Positions 28,483 through 39,020 of a DNA stretch of 64,000 nt are shown piece by piece; position 1 is the stretch's first letter, and each line of letters begins with the position of its first letter. Source of the stretch: Longimicrobiales bacterium (GTDB lineage Bacteria > Gemmatimonadota > Gemmatimonadetes > Longimicrobiales > Gaopeijiaceae); assembly GCA_965249725.1 (NCBI GenBank), contig CBDFMQ010000001.1, forward strand, positions 96,001-160,000, read 5' to 3'. Position numbers and translations under genes: made by a program. Under the pieces are notes generated by a model. The model had not been told where the DNA came from, ran no database searches, and was given only the letters and a program-made list of their open reading frames with translations.

Positions 28483-28662
28483 CTAGCCGTGGGCTGGAAT
28501 CCGCGCGCTGGCCTCCCGGTGGCCGGTCCAACCTCCTTGTGTCGTCCTCTCTCGGACCTGGCGGTTGGGGTCCAGCGGAATCGTCAGGCAGACCTTGGCA
28601 CCCTCGCCCGGCCGGCTCTCCACCGTAAGGGAGCCCCCTCGGTGGGCCGCCCGATCCAACAT
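28483..28662 (-). pseudogene. Remnant of a histidine kinase HATPase C-terminus
   Basis: MLDRAAHRGGSLTVESRPGEGAKVCLTIPL resembles the G2-box end of NarX-type kinases. Confidence 0.65.
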
Positions 28663-28813
28663 GCTGGAGGAAGAAGAGTATCTGGTGCCGGTCGTTGAGG
28701 CCGGTGCAACGGTCGACACCTATCGTGCTCGGATCATGGAGAAACTCGGATTGACGCATCGGTCCGAGCTGGTGCGTTTCGCGCTCCGGGTGGGGCTCCT
28801 CTCGGAGATGTAG
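28661..28813 (+). pseudogene. Internally deleted NarL/LuxR response regulator remnant
   Basis: Receiver piece M..EEEYLVPVVEAGA fused directly to the LuxR HTH end TVDTYRARIMEKLGL..RSELVRFAL. Confidence 0.75.
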
Positions 28814-28936
28814 GGGGCAGTGAGCCCCCGGCTCGCCCCGGGCCGGTGCTTCCGCCACCGGGTCGATCTCCTGTCAGGGAACCGACCCGGTAACGAGCGC
28901 GCCACGGTGATGTATGGGCTGAGGGCATCGTCCGCT

Positions 28937-29491
28937 TCATCGGCCTACGATCCAACCCATTAGCATCGTGATTCTCGGGCCACCTTTCGCGACGCTCACG
29001 GCCACGTTCAACGGCACGTAGAGATCTCCGAACGGCATGGTCGAGCCGGCAGCGAAGATCATCGAGGTGTTCGGGTCCCAGTCATTGTCCTTGTTGACGC
29101 TGAAGTTGGGTCCGACGCCGAATTCGACGCCATTGTCGAGTCGGTATCCGGCCAGCCATCCGAGGGACAGGCTGAACTCGCTCTGCTCCACTCCGCCGAC
29201 GAGCAGCACCCACTCCATGAGGGCCTGATTGCCTCCCTGCATGGATACGATCTGAGTCTCCCACTGCCAGCCAAACTGGGTCATCATGGGCTCGAGGCCG
29301 ATGGCATCTCTCTGGTCGGCGGTTTCTCCGGTAAAGACGGTGAATCCGAAGCGAGGACCGGCCAACTTCTGCCGGGGAAGCTTCTTTACTCGCATGTCTT
29401 CTGGGACCTCGGGCACGGGCTCTTGAGCGGCGACGGTTCCTGCGCTCAATGCCAGGGCTGCGATCGCGTAGACAAGTACGGTGCGTGACAT
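28937..29491 (-). CDS. Secreted, probably outer-membrane hypothetical protein
   Basis: Signal peptide; GPRFGFT, TQFGWQWE; amphipathic strands. Confidence 0.75.
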   Translation of the reverse strand: MSRTVLVYAIAALALSAGTVAAQEPVPEVPEDMRVKKLPRQKLAGPRFGFTVFTGETADQRDAIGLEPMMTQFGWQWETQIVSMQGGNQALMEWVLLVGGVEQSEFSLSLGWLAGYRLDNGVEFGVGPNFSVNKDNDWDPNTSMIFAAGSTMPFGDLYVPLNVAVSVAKGGPRITMLMGWIVGR

Positions 29492-29682
29492 GATTCGTTC
29501 TCCTTCCAGGGTTTCTGGGTGTGGGGTTATCCCACAGGAGAACGATGGCCAACTAGGGAGGACCGCTCGATACGTCGGACTACGTAGCGTGAAACGACGA
29601 TTACGTAGGTGGGTTGACCGCTATCGGAGCCCGGAAACCGCGGTTAAGCCGGCGGTGGTAATAAGAGAGAGGCTGGCGGGCG

Positions 29683-29919
29683 TCAGCGCCGCACGGCGAG
29701 GGAATCGTGCTCTGCGGCCCGAACGTTGGACTTCTCCAGGGCGTCCAGTGCCTTGCCGACTCCTTTAGCGCCCGGAATCGGCAGCGTGGCGATGATGCTG
29801 TCCTTCTGACGCCGTGTGAGCCTCTCGGCCGCCTCGTCGGAGGCACTCTTGCCGCCCGAGCAGCCGAGCAAGAGGACGGTCGAACCAGCCAAAACAACCA
29901 GCGAGAGTTTCTTGAGCAT
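29683..29919 (-). CDS. Small lipoprotein
   Basis: GGAGG RBS; MLKKLSLVVLAGSTVLLLG-C lipobox. Confidence 0.75.
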   Translation of the reverse strand: MLKKLSLVVLAGSTVLLLGCSGGKSASDEAAERLTRRQKDSIIATLPIPGAKGVGKALDALEKSNVRAAEHDSLAVRR

Positions 29920-29962
29920 GGTCACCTCCAACGTGTAACACCGCCTGATGGCGCCCGGCGCA

Positions 29963-30490
29963 TCAGTCCAGGTCCCTTGCCAGGTCACTTGGTCGAGTAA
30001 AGCTCAGCAAGCGTCCACAGTCGCCTTGCGTCTCCTCCCAACGATCTACCTCCAGATGGATTATCGCCAGCCCGGCGGTCGGGAACTTGGTGCGCATGAG
30101 GTCCAATCCGGCGGCGTCCCCCTCGGCGCATAGCGCCTCGGCCAAGATAGCCGTTCCGGGGTTGTGGCCGATCATGAGCACCGACTCCACGGTGTCAGGC
30201 AAGGCTCCCAGCAGGTCCAGCATCTGGCGGGGGCCGGCCAGGTAGAGGTCGCCGTCCCAGTCGATGGCGGGCTCGACGCCCAACTCCTCCAGGAGAAACG
30301 CCAGGGTCTCGCGTGTTCGGGTCGCCGTGGAACAGAGTACTAGGTCCGGAACGTGGCCCTGTTCGCGCAGAAACGCGCCTATCAAAGGAGCCGCACGCCT
30401 GCCTCGGCTGTTCAGCGGGCGGTCATGGTCGGCGAGTGTGGAATCTCCCCAACTCGACTTGGCGTGACGCAGCAGATAGAGTGTCTTCAT
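29963..30490 (-). CDS. sixA: Phosphohistidine phosphatase, SixA family
   Basis: LLRHAKSSW, DHDRPL, S.A.RTRET, IGHNP, KFPTA. Confidence 0.85.
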   Translation of the reverse strand: MKTLYLLRHAKSSWGDSTLADHDRPLNSRGRRAAPLIGAFLREQGHVPDLVLCSTATRTRETLAFLLEELGVEPAIDWDGDLYLAGPRQMLDLLGALPDTVESVLMIGHNPGTAILAEALCAEGDAAGLDLMRTKFPTAGLAIIHLEVDRWEETQGDCGRLLSFTRPSDLARDLD

Positions 30491-30609
30491 GACTATACCC
30501 ATAAACATTTGGCGCCGAACGTGCTAGTATAAAAGAACCGCTCCGAGTGGCGGTTGTGCGAAAAACCGCCTTGGGAGGCGGTTTTTGCTTCTCCGAGAGG
30601 GGGACGTCG

Positions 30610-32772
30610 GTGGAAGACACAGCGAAAAAGGAGATCGGCCCCATCGGGCCACGCTCGCGCAAGCGGTTCATCAACCGTGAGCTCTCCTGGCTGGCGTTCA
30701 ACGAGCGTGTCCTTCAAGAGGCGATGAATGAGAGGCACCCGCTTCTCGAACGGGTCCGCTTCCTCTCGATATCCGGCACAAACCTGGACGAGTTCTTCAT
30801 GGTGCGGGTGGCCGGCTTGCGGGCGCAGGTCGAGGCCGGAATCACGTCTTTGAGCCAAGACGGCCGCACGCCCCTACAGCAGTATGGGCAGGTGAATAGT
30901 CGGGCCGCGAAGCTCATGACCTGCCAGCAGGAGATCTGGCAGATCCTTCGTGCGGCTCTGGCGGAACGGGGTCTGTGGGTTCTTCATCCCGGCGATCTCG
31001 AACCAAAGGACCAGGAGTGGATGGATGACCACTTCACCCGCGAGATCTTCCCGGCGCTCACGCCGCTGGCTGTAGATCCGGCTCACCCGGTTCCTTTCAT
31101 TCCGAATGGTGGATTGTGCCTAGCGCTCTCGCTGCGTCGCTCCGACACCGGTGAGCGCATGGCTGCGCTGCTGCCACTTCCGTCGCAGGTTTCGCGTTTC
31201 GTGCGCTTGCCCGGGAAGAGGAAAAAGCCGCGCTTCCTCAGAGTGGAAGAGCTGATCTGCAGGCACCTAGACCGCCTCTTCCCCGGGTTCGAGGTCGAGG
31301 AAGTGGAGCATTTCCGGGTCCTCAGGGACTCAGACGTCGAGATCGAGGAAAAGGCGGAAGACCTGGTCAGGGAGTTCGAATCCTTGGTGAAGCGTCGGAA
31401 GCGGGGTTCCGTCATCTCTCTTCGTGTCTCGACCTTCATGTCGAAGGAGATGAGGGACTTCCTGATTCAGGACCTGGGGGCAGATCCGGACGTCGTGTTC
31501 CAGGCGGGGAGCCTTCTGGGCCTGGGGGATTTGGGCGATTTGATTACCGCCGACCGGCCCGACCTTGTTTTCGACCCGTTCACGCCCCGCTTTCCGGAGC
31601 GGATCCGGGACTTCGATGGGGATCACTTCGCGGCGATTCGCGCCAAGGACCTGCTGGTGCACCACCCGTTCGAGAGTTTCGACGTGGTGATACAGTTCAT
31701 TAGGCAGGCAGCGCGGGATCCCGACGTCGTGGCGATCAAGCAGACGCTTTACCGAACCAGTGACGACTCGCCTATCGTGGGAGAGCTGATCGAAGCGGCT
31801 GAGGCGGGGAAGAGCGTAACGGCGCTCGTGGAGCTGAAGGCCCGTTTCGATGAGGAGGCGAATATCCGTCTGGCGCGGAAGATGGAGGCGTCCGGCGTCC
31901 ACGTCGTATACGGGTTCATGGACATGAAGACCCACGCCAAGCTGTCGCTCGTGGTCCGGCGGGAGGAAGGAGACCTGCGGTCCTACGTCCACGTCGGGAC
32001 GGGCAACTACCACCCTGGCAACGCGCGGGTCTACACCGACCTCTCGTACTTCAGCTGCGACAAGGACCTCTGCTCGGATGCCGCTCAGGTCTTCAACTTC
32101 ACGACCGGGTATGGTCGCCCCAGTGACCTGAGCAAGTTCGTCATCGCCCCGTTCGACCTGCACGACACCATCGTGAAGCTGATCGCGGAGGAGATCGCTC
32201 ATGCGGAGGCGGGTCGCCCCGCCACGATCTGGGTGAAGCTCAACGCGCTGGTCGACGGCAGCATTATCGACGCCCTCTACCGGGCATCGCAGGCCGGGGT
32301 CCAGATCACTCTCGTGATCCGAGGCATCTGCTGCCTTCGCCCAGGCATCCCCGGCCTCTCGGAAAACATCACCGTCAAGAGCATCGTGGGGCGCTACCTG
32401 GAGCACAGCCGCATCGTGTGTTTCGGCGGGGGGCACCCACTACCTTCACGTTCCGCCAAGGTGTTCATCTCCTCGGCGGATTGGATGCCCCGGAACCTGC
32501 ATCGAAGAGTCGAACACTTCGTGCCCATCGAGAACACCACGGTTCATCGGCAAATCCTCCAGGAGATCATGCAGGCCAATCTCCGAGACACGCTGCAGAG
32601 TTGGTACCTTCAGCCCGATCGGACCTATGAGAGGGCAGTGCCGGACGAGGATCCGTTTAGCGCACACGGCTACTTCATGACCAATCCGAGCCTATCGGGA
32701 CGGGGGAGTGCCGTCACGGATGCCCCCCAGCCTGAGATTCCGGCGCCCGTGGAGCCGATCGAGCAAGTTTAA
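30610..32772 (+). CDS. ppk1: Polyphosphate kinase 1
   Basis: FINRELSWLAFNERVL, NLDEFFMVRVAG, HHPFESF, KARFDEE, KTHAK, GRYLEHSR, SADWMPRN. Confidence 0.96.
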   Translation: MEDTAKKEIGPIGPRSRKRFINRELSWLAFNERVLQEAMNERHPLLERVRFLSISGTNLDEFFMVRVAGLRAQVEAGITSLSQDGRTPLQQYGQVNSRAAKLMTCQQEIWQILRAALAERGLWVLHPGDLEPKDQEWMDDHFTREIFPALTPLAVDPAHPVPFIPNGGLCLALSLRRSDTGERMAALLPLPSQVSRFVRLPGKRKKPRFLRVEELICRHLDRLFPGFEVEEVEHFRVLRDSDVEIEEKAEDLVREFESLVKRRKRGSVISLRVSTFMSKEMRDFLIQDLGADPDVVFQAGSLLGLGDLGDLITADRPDLVFDPFTPRFPERIRDFDGDHFAAIRAKDLLVHHPFESFDVVIQFIRQAARDPDVVAIKQTLYRTSDDSPIVGELIEAAEAGKSVTALVELKARFDEEANIRLARKMEASGVHVVYGFMDMKTHAKLSLVVRREEGDLRSYVHVGTGNYHPGNARVYTDLSYFSCDKDLCSDAAQVFNFTTGYGRPSDLSKFVIAPFDLHDTIVKLIAEEIAHAEAGRPATIWVKLNALVDGSIIDALYRASQAGVQITLVIRGICCLRPGIPGLSENITVKSIVGRYLEHSRIVCFGGGHPLPSRSAKVFISSADWMPRNLHRRVEHFVPIENTTVHRQILQEIMQANLRDTLQSWYLQPDRTYERAVPDEDPFSAHGYFMTNPSLSGRGSAVTDAPQPEIPAPVEPIEQV

Positions 32773-32875
32773 AGAAGGCAGGACAGCCGTAGGAAAGTCC
32801 TTGCCCAAAGCGGGCTCTTGAGTGGGTATTCCTACAGGCCCTGTCTCGACCGAACACAGCCCCAAAGGAAGGACA

Positions 32876-34934
32876 ATGAGCGAAGACGAGCTGACGCCCT
32901 CGGAGCCGACGTCACCCCCCGAGTCCGCAGGCGGTTCGCCACCGCCGCCCGACTCGTCGGATGGCGCTCCCGCGCAGCAGTTCCAGAAGGGGACCTTCCA
33001 GGATCGACGTGGCGCCCGCTTGCCCTGGCCGCCCCCCGGATTCGAGTGGATTCAGGGAGCCCTCTGGAAGGTCACGACGCTGGCATGGCTGGGGAGCGTG
33101 GTACTCGTGACTCCTCTCATTTGGTCGCTGGCGACACCTCAGGAGTTCTGGAGTCTCGGGCCGCTCGAGGACAATTGGGCACTGGGACTCAGCGTAAGCC
33201 TCCTGGGAGCAGCGGTTCTATTCGCGGCCTTCTTCTTCCTCCAGTCTCTGGTGAGAGCGGGTGGACGGGCGGCCGACTTGGGGTACGGTTTCCTGACCAT
33301 AGCGGAGGTCGCAACCGATCTCCGTCGGGATCAGGGATTCCTCTTGATGGAGGCGCCACTTTTCACGGTTTACCGACGAGGACCGCGCACGGCTCACCAA
33401 GCTACGGCTTGCCGCGGCCATTCTGATTCTCTCAGGAGCGCTCTGGCTTGCGGTCGGGTTCTCGTTGTCGGTGTTGCTCGCGGCCCGAGAGCTGCTGACG
33501 CAGAGAGAGATCTGGATTCTGAGCGTGGGGCCCACGTTGGTGTTCCTCGTCCTCGGTGCGGCTATCCACACGTACCAGTTCATCAAGGTCCGGCTCGCGT
33601 TGTCGGCTTGGCGCCAAACCGAGGGCGGCATCGATCGGATCCGCCAAGAGGTTGTGGACTGGACGACCGAGTTGGAGGAGGCGGGAGACCAGATCGTCCT
33701 GGGGGCCGGATCGCTGGGTCAGGGCAGACGCTTCCGGAGTGCTGCGTTCTTGGTTGTGCTCCTCTTCATCGTGGTCATCGTTCCGACGCTGACCGTTTCG
33801 ATGGCCGGCTCCGTGGGGCCCGTGCTAGCCGAGATCGCGATCCCCCAGTTTCTGTCCGTGCAGGAGATGGCGGGGGCCGCAGAGGCCCTTCGCCGCTATC
33901 GCGTTGAACCCGACGCATCGATCGGTGCCCTGGAGGCGGGTCAGGCTCTGAACAACGTGGCCTTTGTCGGTGCCGCGGGACCTCATCCCGAGCACCTCGA
34001 GCAACCCCCCTCGACGCACTACGCAACACCTTGGTTCCCGAGTCCGGACTTCCCGGACATCTTCCAGGAAGGTGTCGGGAGAAGCCTCGTTCTTCAGATC
34101 GAACAGGGCTTTTCGAGTGACGAGCTAGCCGCGCTCAGGCAGGCGTCGTCGCATCCCGCCCAGAACGACCTCCACGTGGTGGCGAGGGCCGAACGGATCG
34201 ATATGGTGTCCACGCGGTGGATCACGCCGTTCCCGGACAGCCTGACCGTGTTCACACTTCCGTTCCCGCACTTCACCGAGGTTCGATACGCTGCCCTGGC
34301 ACGAGCCGCTAAGGCGGTCCTCGAGCAGGTGGACGGACAGCCCCAGCAGGCCGAAGCCTTGATCCGTGAGATCATCTCCACCGGGTTCCTGCTCGTAGAC
34401 CAAGGCCCGACGCTCATCGACAATCTGGTCGGGGTCGTGGTCGCCAATATCGGGGCAGATGCGCTTGAGGGGTTGTATGAAGTGCAGAACCGGGACGATG
34501 AATTGGAGACTCTCCGCTGGGCTCGGGAGTCGGCCACGAACGCGGCTAGGGCGGCCCGACTCGGACTGACGGAAGAGGATATCCACACGATTCTGAGGGG
34601 GATTCCCGACATCGTCGAGAACGAGAGTGCCCTACGCGGGTTGCGGTGGGAATATCTCGCCACCTTCAACATGTTGGCGCCTTGCATCAACCTGCAGAAG
34701 ATGGTCTTCGGACCCGATGAGACCTACCAGGAGTGGCTGGAGCGAGTGCAGGCCTCTCTGGTGCGGGTACCGGGCGATGGGGCTCTCTTCGAACTGGCCA
34801 AGTCGGGGGCGTTCGGGGGGGATCAGCGGCCCGGGATGCTCACGCGTCTCATGACCTTGACGTTAGGTACTCAGACCCGTCCGGGTAGTTGTGTAAACCT
34901 GATCGCTTCACTGGAGTCCAGCGAGACGTTCTGA
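32876..34934 (+). pseudogene. Large membrane protein split by a frameshift near 33350
   Basis: Coding-like frame 32876-33349 (...DQGFLLM) continues in another frame from 33351 (RRHFSRF...LRLAAAILILSGALWL) into the ORF ending at 34934. Confidence 0.65.
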
Positions 34935-35057
34935 TGTGCACGCCCCCCCAGCGGGGGGCGGATCTAATCCGAGGGCTGTGGGCCCGACGCTTGATTCTCC
35001 AGGCGTCGGGCCTTCTTTTCGCGACTGACGATCCCACCCACCGCCGAGGAGTCCGTC

Positions 35058-36431
35058 GTGAGAAGAAGGCTCGTTTTCTGTTTGACCGCCGGATTGCTGT
35101 GGTCTACCGCTCCCAACGTCGCGCACGCCCAAACCGATCTGGCTGACGCCTACCGCGACGTAGCGAACCAGCTCATCGAGGCTGCTCTGTCCGACAGTGC
35201 AGCGTACGCTCGCCTCACGGACCTCGTCGACGGATTCGGGCACCGTTTCAGTGGCTCCGTGAGCCTCGAGCGGGCGCTCGACTGGATCATGGAGGAGATG
35301 GAGGCAGACGGCCTAGACAACGTCAGAGGCGAGTTGGCCATGGTGCCCCACTGGGTTCGAGGCGAGGAGTCCCTCGAGATGATCGTCCCCGTGGCTCGCG
35401 ATCTTCCAATGCTCGGCCTAGGGGGAAGCGTTGCCACGCCCCCGGCTGGGATCCGCGCCGAGGTCCTCGTTGTGGGGAGCTTCGCAGAGCTCGAGGAGAG
35501 AGCCGCGGAGGCCCGAGGGCGCATCGTGCTCTTCAACGTCCCGTTCACCACTTACGGGGAGACACGGCCGATTCGGAGCAATGGAGCCGTGGCTGCGGCG
35601 CGTGCGGGGGCCGTGGCGAGCCTCATCCGCTCCGTCACGCCGTATTCCCAGCAGACTCCCCATACCGGCGGGATGGGTTACCAAGAAGGGGTGCCTCGGA
35701 TTCCGCATGCGGCCATCACCGTGGAAGACGCCCAGTGGATTCAACGCCTCTCGGACCGAGGCGAGCGTGTGGAGCTGCACCTGTTGATGAACGCGCAGAC
35801 TCTTCCCGATGCTCCGTCCAGGAACGTGATGGCCGAGATCACGGGGAGTGAGCTTCCAGACGAGGTGGTGGTATTCGGAGGGCATATCGATTCCTGGGAC
35901 GTAGGCCAGGGTGCCATGGATGACGGTGGGGGCTCCGTTGCCGCGTGGGAGGCGATCCGGCTGATGCGGGTGCTCGGCTTGCGTCCGCGGCGAACCGTCC
36001 GGGCGGTGATGTGGACCAACGAGGAGAACGGGGGAGCCGGCGGTCGCGCCTACCGTGATGCGCGCGCGGCCGATGGCGACGAGCACGTGCTGGCGATGGA
36101 GTCCGACGGTGGGGTCTTCAAGCCCTCCGGGTTCGGATTCACGGGCTCCGACGCGGCCTTCGCCATCATCCAGGAGATCGGCTCGCTGCTCGATCCGATC
36201 GGATCGGGGCTGATCACCCGGGGCGGGGGAGGTGCGGACATCACGCCCCTCATGCAGGACGGAGTCCCCGGCATGGGCCTCTCGGTCGACCGGACCCGCT
36301 ACTTCTGGTACCACCACACGGATGCCGACACCATCGACAAGCTCGACCCGCGAGAGATGGCCCTCTGCGTCGCCACCATGGCCGTCATGGCATATGTGGT
36401 CGCTGACATGCCGGAGGCCCTGCCTAGGTAG
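35058..36431 (+). CDS. Secreted M28 metallopeptidase (carboxypeptidase Q-like)
   Basis: Signal peptide; GGHIDSWD, AMDDGGG, NEENG, ESDGG, YHHT.ADT. Confidence 0.9.
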   Translation: MRRRLVFCLTAGLLWSTAPNVAHAQTDLADAYRDVANQLIEAALSDSAAYARLTDLVDGFGHRFSGSVSLERALDWIMEEMEADGLDNVRGELAMVPHWVRGEESLEMIVPVARDLPMLGLGGSVATPPAGIRAEVLVVGSFAELEERAAEARGRIVLFNVPFTTYGETRPIRSNGAVAAARAGAVASLIRSVTPYSQQTPHTGGMGYQEGVPRIPHAAITVEDAQWIQRLSDRGERVELHLLMNAQTLPDAPSRNVMAEITGSELPDEVVVFGGHIDSWDVGQGAMDDGGGSVAAWEAIRLMRVLGLRPRRTVRAVMWTNEENGGAGGRAYRDARAADGDEHVLAMESDGGVFKPSGFGFTGSDAAFAIIQEIGSLLDPIGSGLITRGGGGADITPLMQDGVPGMGLSVDRTRYFWYHHTDADTIDKLDPREMALCVATMAVMAYVVADMPEALPR

Positions 36432-36467
36432 GCGGACGACGCGTGACCCCCAACCCTCAGCCCGGGT

Positions 36468-37340
36468 CTAACGGGTCCAAGGCTTCTTCTGGGTCACCTC
36501 GAGCGGCTCAAGGGTACGCGACGGCCTTTGAGCTTCGCGTGTGTCGAGATTGTACTCGTCGCCTGGTGCGAGCATGTAGAAGAGACCCGAATCACCGATC
36601 TTGGCCTGGTTGTCGTAGATGAGGACGTAGCTCTGGCCGATGACTTCAAAGCGATCACCCTGTACCACGATGGCGGTGTTCTCGTCGATCGCGATGCCCA
36701 GTAGCTCGGGTCGGGCGCGGATGACCTCGATGAGGTCGAATTGCCGGTTGCGTTTGAGGACGTGCTGATCGATGGCGGTGTTCTTGAGGAAACCGAAGCC
36801 CTCTTCGTGATCTCCCATCATGACGGTATTGGTGCGTGTATCGCCCCGAGCCAGGTAGGAACCCTGGATGGTGGCGCCGGCCGATGAGCCTCCGATGACT
36901 CCACCCCTCTCCAGCAGGTTCCAGAGCTCCTCTTCGGTCTTGGTCCCGAGGTAGGAGTCCGCCAAGTGCCATTGGCGCCCTCCCGGGAACCACACGCCAT
37001 TCGCTTCCCGGATGGCCTTCACGAACTCGTCTGAATCCGCCTCTGCCCGGTCCTTGGTGTGGAGCACCGTGAGGTTGCTCGCCCCCGCGTCCCGCCACGA
37101 GTTGAGCCCCTGATAGAACTGGTCGTAATCGTCTTGACCTCCTGCCGTCGGGATGACCACGATCGGTGCGTCCGAGCCACCCGCCAGGTCCAGAAAGCGC
37201 TCCATGATGCCAGGATCACGCATCGCTCCCCCCACGATGACGAGTGAGCCGCTGGCTGGCCCGACCTCTTGGGCGCCGAGTTGGGGGACGAACGCCAGGA
37301 GCGCGAATGCTGCTATGGTGGTCAGAGCAGATCGGGGCAT
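36468..37340 (-). CDS. Cyanophycinase-like S51 peptidase with signal peptide
   Basis: IVGG, IPTA, GGRQ, GGSSAGA, IDQH...RNR, IDENT. Confidence 0.88.
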   Translation of the reverse strand: MPRSALTTIAAFALLAFVPQLGAQEVGPASGSLVIVGGAMRDPGIMERFLDLAGGSDAPIVVIPTAGGQDDYDQFYQGLNSWRDAGASNLTVLHTKDRAEADSDEFVKAIREANGVWFPGGRQWHLADSYLGTKTEEELWNLLERGGVIGGSSAGATIQGSYLARGDTRTNTVMMGDHEEGFGFLKNTAIDQHVLKRNRQFDLIEVIRARPELLGIAIDENTAIVVQGDRFEVIGQSYVLIYDNQAKIGDSGLFYMLAPGDEYNLDTREAQRPSRTLEPLEVTQKKPWTR

Positions 37341-37435
37341 GGGACCTTCTCCAGTAACGGGTGATGAACCGGGCCCCCAAGGTGCGGTCGCTCTCAGGGG
37401 TAGGGCAAACCGTCGTTGGGCTCGTGGGTGTGGGT

Positions 37436-37904
37436 CTAGCTGGTGAGTTCTACCATGGCCCATGCCTTCCCTCCAGCATCCTGCTCCTGGGCGGTTTCGG
37501 GCTCGTCCAGGAACTCGACCTGTTCAGAGGCTTCGTGAAGCGCCTCGTTGGTGACGACGAAGTCGTCGGAGTGGCCGGTGTGATACGCGTGGTTGATTGC
37601 GTGTCGCAGGGGCGCGGGGGGGGGCGATCTCAAACTCCGTGTTCCGCCCGGAGGCGAACCCGATCTCCTTCTCGGCGTCGACGTCGAGTGGATCGGGCTC
37701 GATGTTCTCGAGGTCTGCCTTCTGCATCCGGAAGGTTTTGGCGACGTGCTCGGCCAACGCCTCCTGGCTGATTCCCAGCCCGGCTGCGGCCGCCTCCCAC
37801 GCGTCGGCGGGTGGGGTGTCGAGGGGGATGTTCACTTCACCGAGATCGCCTGCCGCGGCCGCGCCGGCCACCGAGATCAGCCAGTGCTGCTGTTTCGACG
37901 CCAT
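37436..37904 (-). pseudogene. Degenerate N-terminal remnant of a PilB/GspE-type ATPase
   Basis: DP.D.DAE..I.FASGR...FEIAPP motif; frameshift at a 9-nt homopolymer (37616-37624); no ATPase domain follows. Confidence 0.55.
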
Positions 37905-38106
37905 TCTCTCCTCCCCCTAGACTTGGGAGTCCGGACCACAGCGAAATATGGCTCGAAGGGGGCGTCCTCGGCCATGTCTTCCTCTTGGGGCCGTGCTTTC
38001 GTGCCGGCGATGGACGGGGGAGGACGAGATCCCTAGTCTTCCGCAGCACACCCGGATCCATGGGTCGTCGTGCGATCCGTGCACCAGTCACTCCACCAAG
38101 GTCTCC

Positions 38107-39012
38107 GTGACGTTCGGCATCAAGAGCACAGAATCTCTGCCGGAGGGTTTGAGCAGGGAGATCCGGCAACAGGTCCTCGCAGCAGAGGAAGCTCTTTCCG
38201 AGCCCGAGGACGTCGGTTTGGCCGCCCATGAGACGAGGAAGACTCTCAAGCGAGCGCGTGCACTTGTGAAGCTGACCCGGCCTTCACTGACTCCCGATGC
38301 CTATCGCGGGGGCAACCGAACGATGAGGGACGCTGGGCGCTGCGTTTCTCCCGTTCGCGACGCGGACGTTACAGCCCAAACGGCTCGTTCGGTCCACGAG
38401 GGCGCGCAGGGGACTGGACTCGAACGACCTTGGGGAGAACTGGCAGAGGCTTTCTCGATCGAACGTGACTCGCTCTTCGCCACCGCCACCGGGTCGGACG
38501 GTCCGTTCGCGGAGACGAGTGAGCTGCTTGGATCGTTGGATGGCGGTTGGCCGGAGGTCGGCGAGATCGACGACCGTGAGCTACTGCGCCTGGGCCTGGG
38601 CGATTCGTAGGGCGCTGTCCGTGCATGCCACGCGACGGCGTGCAGCGCGGAGTCGGACCCCAAGGTCCATCACAAACTGCGGAAGCGGGCAAAGGATCTC
38701 CGACATCAGATCGAGTTCTTGATCCCCATCGCCCCGGACGTGCTCGAGCCGTATGCCGCCGAACTCCATCAACTGAGCGATCTGCTGGGGGACGGAAACG
38801 ACCTCGTCGTGCTGGCGCACTACGTCGAAGCTGTGCGGGGCATCGCCGATGCGCGGCGCAACGAGCTCCTCTCCGACCTCATCCAGCGTCGTGAGACCCT
38901 GTGGAAGGAGGCGAGGCGATTGGGAGGACGTCTCTTAGGCGAGGAGACGGAACGTTTCGCTTCACGGGTCGAGCGGTGTTGGGTAGAGGCTCGGCCTCAG
39001 CTCCGGCCTTAG
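38107..39012 (+). pseudogene. CHAD domain protein with in-frame TAG at 38608-38610
   Basis: HETRKTLKRARAL, RDADV, then after TAG in the same frame H.LRKRAKDLRHQ and LSDLLGD.NDL. Confidence 0.85.
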
Positions 39013-39020
39013 GTCCGGCT

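Noticed and set aside
38608..38610. Pyrrolysine or genome-wide TAG recoding
   Set aside because: TAG is used as a normal stop by many genes here, and the gene is not a known Pyl family.
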